From a bacterium (GTDB lineage: Bacteria; Patescibacteriota; Minisyncoccia; Phycocordibacterales; Zambryskibacteraceae): a stretch of 64,000 bases of DNA. The DNA is taken from assembly GCA_023266935.1 (NCBI GenBank), contig JAHFOF010000002.1:4469-68468 (forward strand), given 5' to 3'. Shown here piece by piece: positions 1 through 10,400 of the stretch; within the stretch, counting starts at the first letter, position 1; every line of letters starts with the position of its first letter. The position numbers were made by a program, and so were the translations under genes. The notes beneath the pieces were generated by a model. The model made no database searches and was not told the origin of the DNA. It was given only the letters and a program-made list of their open reading frames with translations.

Positions 1-110
1 AAGGCGTTCTATGCACTCAAGTGGTGTTTCCCCAAGATTTTTATAAAGCTTTAGAATTTCGCCCTTTTCAGTCATTTTATTCATATTACACGAAATGCTA
101 TACTTTTCTC

Positions 111-911
111 ATGTCAAAACTTGATACCGCTCCATACAAGGGCGTCCGTGATTTTTATCCGGAGGATATGAAGATTGAGAATTATATCTTCAACACATGG
201 CGCGAAGTTGCCAAAGAATTTAATTATCAGGAATACAACGCATCTCCACTCGAATTAACTGAGATTTACACAGAAAAGAGCGGTAATGAGATTGTGAACG
301 AACAAACATTTACCTTTATTGATCGTGGCGGACGCTCAGTAACTCTCCGGCCAGAAATGACACCGACACTAGCACGAATGATAGCAGCCAAGAGAAGATC
401 TCTTGTATTTCCATTACGTTGGTATTCAATACCAAATCTTTTTCGCTACGAAAGACCTCAGAAAGGCAGGAGGCGTGAACACTATCAACTCAATTGTGAC
501 CTAATTGGAATTGATAATAATACTGAAGAAAATGATGCAGAAATAATCCGAATTGCTCACAAAATCATGCATAAATTTGGTGCCGAAAATAAAGATTTCG
601 AAGTCCGACTCAATTACCCGAACGGCTCTCCGGATGATTTAAAAAGCTTAATTGAACGATTAGAAAAAGATGGAATCACTAATACTAAGATTGATGAGAC
701 TCTCGCTCGAGGACAAGCTTACTACACAGGAATAGTGTTTGAAATTTTTGATACCGATGCAAAAAATCCGAGAGCTATCGCGGGTGGAGGAAGATATGAT
801 AATCTCTTGGAAATTTTCGGGGTCGAGTCAATACCGATGGTAGGATTTGGGATGGGGGATGTCACTATCCGAGATTTCCTCGAAGCACACAAGTTGGGTC
901 CGTATGCGTAA
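111..911 (+). CDS. Histidyl-tRNA synthetase-like class II catalytic core. It ends ~35 aa after motif 3 with no anticodon-binding domain. The ORF track starts at 21, but the likely start is M at 111.
   Basis: Motif 2 FRYERPQKGRRREHYQ and motif 3 GGGRYD are recognisable, with a typical HisRS N-terminus (DFYPED). The stop follows the GFGMG segment, where full HisRS continues into a ~100 aa anticodon-binding domain. Confidence 0.6.
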   Translation: MSKLDTAPYKGVRDFYPEDMKIENYIFNTWREVAKEFNYQEYNASPLELTEIYTEKSGNEIVNEQTFTFIDRGGRSVTLRPEMTPTLARMIAAKRRSLVFPLRWYSIPNLFRYERPQKGRRREHYQLNCDLIGIDNNTEENDAEIIRIAHKIMHKFGAENKDFEVRLNYPNGSPDDLKSLIERLEKDGITNTKIDETLARGQAYYTGIVFEIFDTDAKNPRAIAGGGRYDNLLEIFGVESIPMVGFGMGDVTIRDFLEAHKLGPYA

Positions 912-1479
912 AATCACTTTCGACATAGAGACTAGAAATTTCTTTTCTGACGTGGGCAAGAATGACCCTACCTTATTGGATATTTCTATTGTAGCTATCC
1001 ATGATTCAGAAACAGATACTTATTCTTCGTTTCTTCAAGATGAGTTGCATAAACTTTGGCCAATCATCGAACGAGCAGATATGCTCATCGGATTTAATTC
1101 TGATCACTTTGATATCCCTCTGTTGAACAAATATTACCCCGGTGATTTAACCAAAATAAAAAGCTTAGATATTTTGAAAGAAATTCACACCTCATTTGGA
1201 CGCAGAATGAAATTAGACCAACTAGCCGAAGGCACCTTGGGTAAAAATAAAATCGGACACGGCGCAGATGCGACGAACTGGTGGAAAAATGGTGAAATAG
1301 AAAAAATTCGAGAATATTGCATCGACGATGTCCGAATCACTAAAGAAATTTATGATTATGCAATTCTGAACCAAAAGCTAATTTTTAAAGAAGGTGGAAA
1401 CTTAAATGAAGTGAAACTCGATACGGGTAAATGGGAAGAACCCAACGAACACAAATTAACTTTCACCCTGCCGTTTTAG
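904..1479 (+). CDS. DEDDy-type 3'-5' exonuclease (DnaQ/RNase D-like fold), overlapping the HisRS-like stop by 8 nt
   Basis: Exo I motif FDIET lies right after the start MRKITFDIET, and Exo III motif YCIDDVRITKEIYDY is near the C-terminus. The ATG at 904 is in frame with track ORF 847..1479. Confidence 0.6.
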   Translation: MRKITFDIETRNFFSDVGKNDPTLLDISIVAIHDSETDTYSSFLQDELHKLWPIIERADMLIGFNSDHFDIPLLNKYYPGDLTKIKSLDILKEIHTSFGRRMKLDQLAEGTLGKNKIGHGADATNWWKNGEIEKIREYCIDDVRITKEIYDYAILNQKLIFKEGGNLNEVKLDTGKWEEPNEHKLTFTLPF

Positions 1480-1493
1480 GTTATAATATACAT

Positions 1494-1961
1494 ATGAATG
1501 CCCTACTTATTTTTGGAGCGAAATATTTGTTCGTTTTTTCTATTTTGATTGGATTAATTTATTTTATCAATGTTCCAAATTTGCTAAAGATGAGAGCTCT
1601 GATTTTTAGTTTATTTTCACTGGCTCTAACCTTGCTTCTTGGCAAATTAGCTTCGTACTTTTTCTACAGTCCCAGACCATTTGTTTCTGAACACATCACT
1701 CCATTAATCCAACATATCGCTGATAACGGATTCCCTTCTGATCATACTCTACTAGTCTCTTCCATCGCGACAATTGTTACTTTCCACAACAAAGAGGTGG
1801 GGTTTCTTTTGTGGCTTATAGCCATTATTGTTGGAGTATCAAGAGTCTATGTCGGAGTTCATCATGTGGTAGATATCATGGGTAGTATCTTTATTGCACT
1901 ATTTGCCACGACTGTTGTCTATATAGTTCAAAAGAAAAGATTGAATGCTATAATTTCATAA
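1494..1961 (+). CDS. PAP2-family membrane phosphatase (undecaprenyl-diphosphatase-like)
   Basis: Several TM helices. PAP2 motifs KxxxxxxRP (KLASYFFYSPRP), PSDH and SRVYVGVHHVVD are present. The start is chosen at the internal ATG (MNALLIF). Confidence 0.6.
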   Translation: MNALLIFGAKYLFVFSILIGLIYFINVPNLLKMRALIFSLFSLALTLLLGKLASYFFYSPRPFVSEHITPLIQHIADNGFPSDHTLLVSSIATIVTFHNKEVGFLLWLIAIIVGVSRVYVGVHHVVDIMGSIFIALFATTVVYIVQKKRLNAIIS

Positions 1962-1978
1962 CTACTAAATTTAAATAT

Positions 1979-2683
1979 ATGGACAGCACAAATAACACTC
2001 AAAACAATAACCAGCTTATCCCTTTGGCTATTATCGTGGCCGGCCTTCTCGTTGCTGGAGCAGTTTATTTTGGTGGCAACAAAGTTTCTGAAAGAAGTTT
2101 GACAGGAACAGAACCGACAACCAACACATCGGGCACTGTCGCTCCTGTGACAGATAAAGACCATATTCTTGGATCAAAAGATACTCAAGTAATAATCGTT
2201 GAATACTCTGATTTTGAATGTCCATTCTGTAAGGTTTTTCACAACACCCTGCACCAAATTTTAGGTATATATGGAGATAAGGTAGCTTGGGTTTATAGGC
2301 AATACCCTATTGCTCAGCTTCATTCTAAGGCAACCAAAGAATCTGAAGCCAGCGAATGTGCTACAGACCAAGGAGGTAACAGTGCTTTCTGGAAATATGC
2401 AGACAAGATTTTTGAAGTCACCACTTCAAACAACACCTTGGATTCAACCCAACTTCCTGCCCTTGCTGGATTAATTGGTTTAGATGTTAACGTTTTCAAT
2501 GGTTGTCTCTCAAGTGGTAAACACACGAGTGAAATTCAAGCAGATATAGTAGCCGCAGGCAAAGCAGGAGCTTTAGGCACACCTTATTCTGTGATATTAG
2601 TGAAAGGTAAAATCGTCGGAACCATAAATGGAGCCCAGCCGTTTGCTCAAATCAAGGCTCAACTCGACGAAGTTATCAAATAA
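1979..2683 (+). CDS. DsbA/BdbD-like thiol:disulfide oxidoreductase, membrane anchored
   Basis: N-terminal TM segment, thioredoxin-fold CPFC active site (EYSDFECPFCKVFH), and a cis-Pro region (GTPYSV). Confidence 0.7.
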   Translation: MDSTNNTQNNNQLIPLAIIVAGLLVAGAVYFGGNKVSERSLTGTEPTTNTSGTVAPVTDKDHILGSKDTQVIIVEYSDFECPFCKVFHNTLHQILGIYGDKVAWVYRQYPIAQLHSKATKESEASECATDQGGNSAFWKYADKIFEVTTSNNTLDSTQLPALAGLIGLDVNVFNGCLSSGKHTSEIQADIVAAGKAGALGTPYSVILVKGKIVGTINGAQPFAQIKAQLDEVIK

Positions 2684-2726
2684 TATTGAACTGGCAATAC
2701 AGAGCGGGCCGGAGTAGACTCTTGGT

Positions 2727-4265
2727 ATGAGTTTAACTTTATCTAAAACTGATTTTATTTCATATAGAGAGTGTGCGAAAAATGTCTGGGTCAAATGGCA
2801 CAAACCTGGTATATATAGCAATTTTCCTATTTCTGACTTTGAAAGATCTCTCGGAGAGATGGGAAATGAGGTAGAAAAACTGGCTCAAGGAATGTTTTCT
2901 GAAGGAATCTTGATAAAAGGTAGAGGACCAGAGGCTCAAAGAAAAACAAAAAAAATAATCAAGGAGGAGACACCGGCTATTTTTCAAGCCGTGTTTGAGA
3001 CAACCAAATATCTTGCTGCGACTGATGTTTTAAAGTGGAACAACGAAAATAAATCTTATGATTTGTATGAAATCAAAATGTCCTCAACAGAAGAAAGTGA
3101 CACAAATGGAGAAAAGAAAATAAACAAAAAGAAAGAAGAGCAGTATGAATACGACCTAGCTTTTCAAACCAATGTGGTTGAAAAAAGTGGAATTAAATTA
3201 AATAAAAAATATTTGGTTAGATTGAACAAGGATTATGTCCGCATGGGCGAGCTTGATTTTAATGAAGGTGCTTTGTTTATTATCGAAGATAAAACTGAAA
3301 CCGTAGATAATATCCGCAGTGAAGTAGAAAATGAGATGGAGGATGCCTATGAATATTTATCCAAAGAGAGAGAGCCTGTTGGACCTTGTTCTTGTTTTTA
3401 TAAGGGTCGTTCAGCACATTGCACCACCTTCTCGTACAATAACCAAACGATGAATGTTCCAGAATATAGTGTCCATGATTTGAACAGGATCGGTCAAAGT
3501 AAAAAATACCTCACAGAATTACTCGATTCAGGGATTTTACATATCAAGGATGTACCTATAGACGATCGATTAAAAAACAAAAAACTTAATCAGGTATTGG
3601 TTCATAAATCTGGCAAACCGATAATCAATGGGGAAACTCTCAAAGAAGAATTAGATCAATTAACTTTTCCTCTATATTTTCTCGACTACGAGACATACCC
3701 AACTGCCATTCCTCCATTCAGTGGATATAAGCCGTATCAACATATTGTTTTTCAATATTCTCTTCATGTTTTAGAATCCGCTGATTCTGTGCCCCAACAT
3801 TATGAATGCCTAATTTTGGATGGAGATCCAGCTGAAAGGATTGCCGAGAGTTTGCATAAAAATATTGGTAATAAAGGCAGTCTCATCTCTTGGTATGCAA
3901 CATTTGAAAACTCTAGAAATAAAGAGTTGGGCAGAATGTTACCTCAATACAAAAAGTTTTTTGATGATTTAATCGCCCGAACATATGACCTAATGAAAAT
4001 CGTCGAAGACCAACATTATGTTCACCCAGATTTCCACGGTCGTTCATCCATAAAAAAAGTTTTGCCCGCATTGATAAAAGATTTGTCTTATAAGACCTTA
4101 GAAATACAAAGCGGAACTGAAGCTATAGAGGCCTATAAACAAATCACCACTGGAGAACTCAAAGAAAAAGAAGTAGATAAAAAAAGAAAAGAGATGCTCG
4201 AATATTGCAAACTCGATACAGAAGCAATGCTTCGTTTGTGGAGATTTTTTAAAGGTTTGGTTTAA
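2727..4265 (+). CDS. DUF2779-like nuclease. It combines an N-terminal PD-(D/E)xK/Cas4-like module with a Cys cluster and a C-terminal DEDDy 3'-5' exonuclease domain.
   Basis: The N-terminus SKTDFISYRECAKNVW resembles DUF2779/RecB-like starts, and a Cys cluster PCSCFYKGRSAHC follows. The C-terminal half carries Exo I LDYET and Exo III YCKLDTEAMLRLW. Confidence 0.5.
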   Translation: MSLTLSKTDFISYRECAKNVWVKWHKPGIYSNFPISDFERSLGEMGNEVEKLAQGMFSEGILIKGRGPEAQRKTKKIIKEETPAIFQAVFETTKYLAATDVLKWNNENKSYDLYEIKMSSTEESDTNGEKKINKKKEEQYEYDLAFQTNVVEKSGIKLNKKYLVRLNKDYVRMGELDFNEGALFIIEDKTETVDNIRSEVENEMEDAYEYLSKEREPVGPCSCFYKGRSAHCTTFSYNNQTMNVPEYSVHDLNRIGQSKKYLTELLDSGILHIKDVPIDDRLKNKKLNQVLVHKSGKPIINGETLKEELDQLTFPLYFLDYETYPTAIPPFSGYKPYQHIVFQYSLHVLESADSVPQHYECLILDGDPAERIAESLHKNIGNKGSLISWYATFENSRNKELGRMLPQYKKFFDDLIARTYDLMKIVEDQHYVHPDFHGRSSIKKVLPALIKDLSYKTLEIQSGTEAIEAYKQITTGELKEKEVDKKRKEMLEYCKLDTEAMLRLWRFFKGLV

Positions 4266-4270
4266 CTCTT

Positions 4271-4299
4271 GACTTTATTATCTTATTATGCTAATATAT
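4271..4299 (+). promoter_or_regulatory. Sigma70-type promoter TTGACT-17-TAATAT upstream of the small ORF
   Basis: -35 TTGACT, a 17-nt spacer and -10 TAATAT, about 40 nt upstream of AGGAG-N7-ATG. Confidence 0.5.
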
Positions 4300-4341
4300 A
4301 AGTAGTCAAACACACTGTCTTTCTTCTTCAGGAGAACACTG

Positions 4342-4521
4342 ATGTGGCACTGGATCTTTACCCATCTGACGTATCACCAGTTCGTGTTTGTTTGCGTTTA
4401 CCTCGTGGTCATGACGTTCGTGCTTAGGCACAAGATGCTCGCTGATCGACGACTCCGGATGCTGGGCGAGGTGCCTCGCGAGATTGGTGAGGTTTTTCAT
4501 TGGGACGATCACAGAGCGTAG
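4342..4521 (+). CDS. Small His/Trp-rich membrane protein, 59 aa (MWHWIFTHLTYHQFVFVCVYLVVMTFVL...), GC-enriched; below the track's 60-aa cutoff
   Basis: Consensus promoter, SD AGGAG 7 nt upstream, one predicted TM helix, and a perfect intrinsic terminator immediately downstream. Local GC (~55%) is well above the flanks. Confidence 0.45.
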   Translation: MWHWIFTHLTYHQFVFVCVYLVVMTFVLRHKMLADRRLRMLGEVPREIGEVFHWDDHRA

Positions 4522-4540
4522 TCCCAAGCTCGAAGACAAA

Positions 4541-4580
4541 AAGGGCGGGTCCAAACAGATCCGCCCTTTCTTCTATTTTT
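4541..4580. terminator. Bidirectional intrinsic terminator (stem AAGGGCGG/CCGCCCTT, 12-nt loop, T-run). It serves the small ORF on the plus strand and rpoD on the minus strand.
   Basis: A perfect 8-bp GC stem read directly. It is followed by TCTTCTATTTTT on the plus strand and a T-run on the minus strand, 2 nt from the rpoD stop. Confidence 0.6.
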
Positions 4581-5808
4581 AATATCCTCTCAACCTATTT
4601 ATTTTGTCGTGTTGACGAATTTTTTCATGAGCTTTAGCTTCGATTTGTCTAATACGTTCTCGAGTGACACCAAAAACTTTACCCACTTCTTCGAGGGTGT
4701 GAGTATATCCATCTGTCAATCCGTGTCTCATTTCTAGAATTTTTCTTTCTTTCGGAGGAAGGTCATTTAAGATTTCTTTCACTTGATCTTGAATAATCCG
4801 ACGCGATGATTCCATGTCTGGAGAAATAATTTTATCATCTGCGAGGAAATCCCCAAGTTTGGATTTTCCATCATCTCCATCATCTCCCACGGGGCTTTCG
4901 AGCGACACAGTCGATTGGTCTATCTTTTCAATTTGATACACTTTCTCAACATCAAGGTTCATTTCAAGCGCTACTTCTTCAGCCAAAGGTTCCCGACCGA
5001 GGTCTTGGGTTAACCTGCGCACAACTTGTTTATATTTAGCAATCGTTTCTACCATGTGCACTGGTACACGAATCGTTCGAGATTGATCCGCGAGAGCACG
5101 AGTAATGGCTTGCCTTATCCACCATGTGGCATAAGTAGAAAATTTGTAACCCTTGGTCCAATCAAACTTATCGACTGCCTTAAACAACCCAAGATTCCCT
5201 TCTTGGATAAGATCGAGGAGAGTAAGATCTGGACTTCGATTCGCATATTTCTTGGCTATAGAAACTACCAAACGCAAGTTCGCCTTGGCCAATAGATTTT
5301 TCGCTTCTTCATCACCTTGTTCAATTCTTTTGGCTAATTCTTTCTCCATAGAACCTGGGATAAGTGGGTATTGCCCGATTTCTTTCAAATACATCTGAAT
5401 AGAATCATAAGCCGAGTCAGATTTGTTATATGAATACTTTTTACCAGTTTCTTCAACAGGCATTTCAAGTAATCCCCCTCCCTCGAGGATATCTATCCCC
5501 AGAGCATTCAAACGTTCATACAACTCATCCAAAAAGATGATGTTGAGCTCAATATTCGGAAATTCTTTTAAAATTTCATCATAAGTAACAAAACCTTTAT
5601 CCTTGCCTCTTTTAACCAAACGTTCAACTTTAATCAGTTCGTCTGTGGATTTTTTAGTAACTTTGGCTCTGATTGGTTTAATTATTTTCTTAGAAACTTT
5701 TTTATTTATCTTTTTTGAAACCTTCTTTCTTGAAACGGGCTTTCTCTTGGCTACTTTTTTAGAGTTGGCCTTGTGCCCTTTATTTTTTTGTTTTTTAGTT
5801 TTCTTCAT
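4579..5808 (-). CDS. rpoD: RNA polymerase sigma-70 factor RpoD with a Lys-rich N-terminal extension
   Basis: Regions 2-4 are recognisable ([16 protein letters not shown], region 4 [22 protein letters not shown]). Confidence 0.9.
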   Translation of the reverse strand: MKKTKKQKNKGHKANSKKVAKRKPVSRKKVSKKINKKVSKKIIKPIRAKVTKKSTDELIKVERLVKRGKDKGFVTYDEILKEFPNIELNIIFLDELYERLNALGIDILEGGGLLEMPVEETGKKYSYNKSDSAYDSIQMYLKEIGQYPLIPGSMEKELAKRIEQGDEEAKNLLAKANLRLVVSIAKKYANRSPDLTLLDLIQEGNLGLFKAVDKFDWTKGYKFSTYATWWIRQAITRALADQSRTIRVPVHMVETIAKYKQVVRRLTQDLGREPLAEEVALEMNLDVEKVYQIEKIDQSTVSLESPVGDDGDDGKSKLGDFLADDKIISPDMESSRRIIQDQVKEILNDLPPKERKILEMRHGLTDGYTHTLEEVGKVFGVTRERIRQIEAKAHEKIRQHDKINRLRGY

Positions 5809-5841
5809 TAAGTTTACTTGTGGTGAGTTTATCGGACCATC

Positions 5842-7467
5842 TTACACTATTTTTCTTTTCTCTTCATCTATCTTCTGACTCAGAGCATGAATTTTCTGCA
5901 CAAGCTCCTCGATTTCGTTCGGCCCTCGAGCGAGCTCTGCCTGCAAACCGGACCGTTCTTCTTCAAGAATAGTAATGGTCAAACGTTGTTTGAGTTCAAC
6001 TTCTTCTTTTTGAGAAATTTCAAATTCTTTGGTCGATTCGTCTACCTGACCTTTCCAAAAACTGATTTCTTCCAATCTTTCTTCGATTTGTTCCCGACGA
6101 GTATGAACCTTATCTTTTTTTTCTTCTTGAATATCTTCAGTTTGCTGAACGTTTTTTATTTGAAGAATATCTGGAATTTTTGATTTTCTCAAATCATCCC
6201 AAATAATTTCTTCTTTTAATCCTGATTTTTTGGATATAAGAGAAACAAAGTGAGAGCGTTCTATAGAACTTTCCAATAAAGTAAGCAATGGCAAAACTTT
6301 TGCATTTATGGCTTTACCTAATTTTCTATCATCCTTCTCGTTTTTAATTATTTTATTAAGAACAAATTCAATACTGTGGGTGGATTTTCGAAGTACTTCT
6401 TTCCATTCTTCTGGGTCTTTTTTGGACAAATCTGCTGGGTCTCTTCCTTCGGGAAGTTCAGCAATCTTAACCTCCATACCCAAAGAAAGACCTAAAATAG
6501 AGCTTTTTTCAGCTGCTTTTTCCCCCGCCAGATCTCCATCAAACGCCAGAATCAGCCTAGGAGAAAGTCTTTTTAATCTTTCCAAATGAGTTTGAGTAAA
6601 GGCTGTGCCAGACGAAGCTACAACATTTTTCACACCGACCTGATGAGAAAGGACCAAATCTAATTGTCCTTCAACCAAAACAGAATAATTTTTCTTTCGA
6701 ATTTCATCCTTGGCTTTGTCTAGCCCATACAACACTTCACTTTTTATAAACAAACTTGTTTCTGGAGTATTTAGATATTTTGGTTCTGTATCTTTTTCCA
6801 ACGCTCGTCCAGAAAAGGCAATCACCTTACTGTTTACATCAAAGATAGGGAAAATAATTCGACCTCTGAAAACATCATATGGTGTTCCTTCTCCAGAGAT
6901 TTGTGGATTTTCTTTTTCTTCTTTTTGTGGTTGTTTTATTAACCCCGCCTTTAACAAAACCTCCTTGGAATAACCCACTGCACTCAGATGAGAAAAAATA
7001 GAGCGCCATTCTGATGGAGCGAAACCGAGTCTCCATAATTTAATGGAGTCTTTAGAAACCCCTCGAGATTCTAAATATTTTAAGGCTTCAGTATTTTTCT
7101 CTAATTCAGATTGGAAGAAAATGGTGGCATCTTCGAGAGCATTGTAGAATTTATCTTTTTCAGATTTTGATTCTCCTCTATTAGAATATTCTAATTCTAC
7201 ACCTGCTCGTTCGGCTAAAGTTTTTAATGCTCCTTTAAAATCAACTCCCTCCATCTCTTCGACAATACTAAAAATATCTCCTTTCGCCCCGCAACCAAAA
7301 CAGTAATAACTTTGCCTTGAAGGCGACACGAAAAAGGATGGAGTTTTTTCATTGTGGAACGGACATTTACCTTTGAAGTTCTGGCCCGCTTTTTCGAGTT
7401 TGAGGTATGAGCTTACAACTTCAACGATATCTAGTCGTTCTTTGATTGAATCGACTGTGCTTCGCAT
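5842..7467 (-). CDS. dnaG: DNA primase DnaG
   Basis: Zn-ribbon CPFHNEKTPSFFVSPSRQSYYCFGCG, TOPRIM motifs EGQLD and DGD, and a coiled-coil C-terminus. The N-terminus overlaps the rpoC 3' end by 37 nt. Confidence 0.9.
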   Translation of the reverse strand: MRSTVDSIKERLDIVEVVSSYLKLEKAGQNFKGKCPFHNEKTPSFFVSPSRQSYYCFGCGAKGDIFSIVEEMEGVDFKGALKTLAERAGVELEYSNRGESKSEKDKFYNALEDATIFFQSELEKNTEALKYLESRGVSKDSIKLWRLGFAPSEWRSIFSHLSAVGYSKEVLLKAGLIKQPQKEEKENPQISGEGTPYDVFRGRIIFPIFDVNSKVIAFSGRALEKDTEPKYLNTPETSLFIKSEVLYGLDKAKDEIRKKNYSVLVEGQLDLVLSHQVGVKNVVASSGTAFTQTHLERLKRLSPRLILAFDGDLAGEKAAEKSSILGLSLGMEVKIAELPEGRDPADLSKKDPEEWKEVLRKSTHSIEFVLNKIIKNEKDDRKLGKAINAKVLPLLTLLESSIERSHFVSLISKKSGLKEEIIWDDLRKSKIPDILQIKNVQQTEDIQEEKKDKVHTRREQIEERLEEISFWKGQVDESTKEFEISQKEEVELKQRLTITILEEERSGLQAELARGPNEIEELVQKIHALSQKIDEEKRKIV

Positions 7468-10400
7468 ATAAGTTTTTCTTTATACCCACCTTTGAAGCCG
7501 GTTCCCGCAGGAATCATGCGCCCGATAATAACATTTTCTTTGAGTCCTAGTAATTCATCTTCAGCGCCTCGTATAGCCGCTTGGATAAGAACACGGGGAG
7601 TATGCTGGAACGAAGCTGCTGAAAGGAATGACGAACGAGAAAGAGAAACTTCAGAAATACCCATGATAACCGCTTCAGCTTTCGCTTCTTCCTTGTCATT
7701 CTCTCTGGCTTTGTTGTTCACATCTACAAAATCTGAAACTTCGACAATATCCCCTCGGGTGAACATCGTGCTTCCGGCTTCTCGAATCTTTCTTCGAGAA
7801 AACATCTGACGAACAATCAATTCAATGTGTTTGTGAGATACGGCTGCGCCTTGAAGTTCATAGAGCTTAGAAACTTCGTGAATAATATAGTTCTCTGCTT
7901 TTTCTCGACCCGCATATCTGAACAATTCATCTAAGTCTGCTGAGCCATCAGTCAAGAATTCTCCCTTTTTCACAGTATCTCCCATTTTAACCAAAATTGT
8001 TCTATTTGGACCGATAGAATATTCGTTATCAAGCTTTTTCGCCTTAGTTTCTCCTAATTCTGGAGTAAGAATAATGGTACGATCTGTTCCTTCAATTCTT
8101 ATTTCACTCACTAGACCATCGAGATGAGAGATGGTCGCTGGATTCTTTGGTTTTCTCTTCTCAAAGATTTCTTCAACACGAGGAAGACCCTGGGTAATGT
8201 CTCCGGCAGCAGAAGCCACTCCTCCAGCATGGAATGTTCGCATCGTGAGTTGTGTCCCTGGTTCACCGATGGCTTGAGCAGCCACGGTTCCAACCGCTTC
8301 ACCAAGTTCAACAATTTTGTTTGTACCCAAATCCGCACCATAACACTTCACACAGACTCCATGGAGTGATTTACAGGTCATCGGTGAGCGAACCTCAACA
8401 CTTTCGATGTTAGCGTTCTCAATGATAACGGCATCATTTTTTGTGACAAAATGTCCTTTCTTAAACAGAATTTCGCCCTTTGCATCTGTGACGTCTTTGG
8501 CCAAAAAGCGACCTTTAATAGTTTTGGATAAAGGTATTTCGATTCCCGATGCTGTTTTCTTGGAGATGATTGTGCTCTCTTTAGTACCACAATCATCTTC
8601 GCTCACAATTTCATCTTGAGCCACATCGAAGAGACGACGAGTAAGATAACCCGCCTTCGCTGTGTTGAGAGCTGTATCAGTTAAACCCTTTCTAGAACCG
8701 TGAGTAGTAATGAAGTATTCGAGAGGAGTAAGACCTTCTTTGTAACAAGAAAGGATTGGGAATTCGAGAGATTCTCCAGCCACATTTTGAATAATACCGA
8801 TCATGCCAGCCATCTGGTTTATTTGACCAAGAGATCCTCTGGCTCCAGAACGAATAAGATCATGAACAGACCCTTTGTCTCCTAGAGTATCCGGAAGAAG
8901 AGCTTCAATTTCACCTCTGACTGATTGCCATTTTTCAACTGTTTTTTGAATTCTTTCTTGTTCAGTTAGAAGACCTCCATCGTATTGGTCTACAACCTTT
9001 AGAACGTCTTCCCTTCCACCTTGAATCAAAGCTTCCTTAGCACTAGGAATCTTTACATCAGTTAGACTCCAGGTTGTTCCGGAGCGAGTAGCATATTTGA
9101 ATCCGAAAGCCTTAATCTTGTCTATGATTGAAGGAATTTTTTCAAGACTATAGTGTTCGATAAGATCATCGATTAAACTACCCATCTTTTTGCTATTCAT
9201 CTCATAGTTTTGGAATGGATAATCTTTTGGAAGAACAGAGTTGAAGAGTAATCGACCGACTGAGGTCTCAAACAATTTTCCATCGAAAGCTTTATACTTT
9301 GGAGTATCTGTTGGAAGAACTTGAATCTTCGCTCTCAAACTCAAAGCATCGAAATCAGTAGCAAGTATCGCGCTATTCGGAGAAGAGAAATATTTTCCTT
9401 CCCCCTTCTCACCATTCACGATTCGAGTAGCCCAATAACTTCCTAAAACCAAATCCAGTTTATCAATAGAAAGGACGAGGTTCCCATTTCCAGGTTTTAG
9501 AATGTTTTTATCTGCAGCCATGATAAAACGTGCTTCGGCTTGGGCAGCGTCTGATAGAGGTACGTGGACAGCCATTTGGTCTCCGTCGAAATCGGCATTG
9601 AATGCGGTACATACAAGTGGATGAAGTTGGATAGCATTTCCTTCAATCAACGTTGGTTGGAAAGCTTGAATACCCAAACGGTGGAGGGTGGGTGCGCGGT
9701 TGAGAAGAACGTACTTACCAGCAATAATGGTTTCAAGGATTGACCAAACTTCTGGGATAGCATCTTCAATTAATCTTCGAGCACCTGGGATGTTATAAGC
9801 TAATTCTCTCTTCAAAAGTTCTGAAATAATAAACGGTTTGAAGAGTTCAAGGGCCATGTGTTTGGGTAAACCACACTGATGAAGTTTAAGTTCTGGACCA
9901 ACAACGATTACCGATCGTCCAGAATAATCCACGCGTTTCCCTAAGAGATTTTGTCTAAACAATCCTCTTTTGCCCTTGAGATTATCCGAAAGTGATTTAA
10001 GCGGCCGACGTTGTGATTGGCTTCCAGCAGCTGTACCGTGTCGAATAGTATTGTCGATGAGAGCATCTACTGCTTCCTGTAAAATTCTCTTTTCGTTGCG
10101 CAAAATAACGTCTGGAGCTGAAATTTCTTTAAGCTTTTTTAGACGATTATTTCTGTTTATCACACGACGATATAAATCGTTTACATCTGAAGTAGCATAT
10201 CGACCACCATCGAGAGGAACCATGGGACGAATCGCTGGTGGAATAACTGGAATACGAGTCAAGAACATCCATTCTGGTCTGATATTAGCGAGCCTCATCC
10301 ATTGGATGGTACTAATTCGCTTATTGAGTCTAGAAATTTCTGTTGAAGGAGCTGTCTCGAGTTGAATTTCAAGTTCTTTCTGGAGTTTAACTAAATCCAC

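Noticed and set aside
4306-4554. 82-aa minus-strand ORF listed in the track across the GC-rich mini-gene
   Set aside because: It is antisense to a 59-aa plus-strand ORF that has a consensus promoter, SD and terminator. The minus ORF has no SD and reads through the terminator hairpin. It most likely arises from the elevated local GC.
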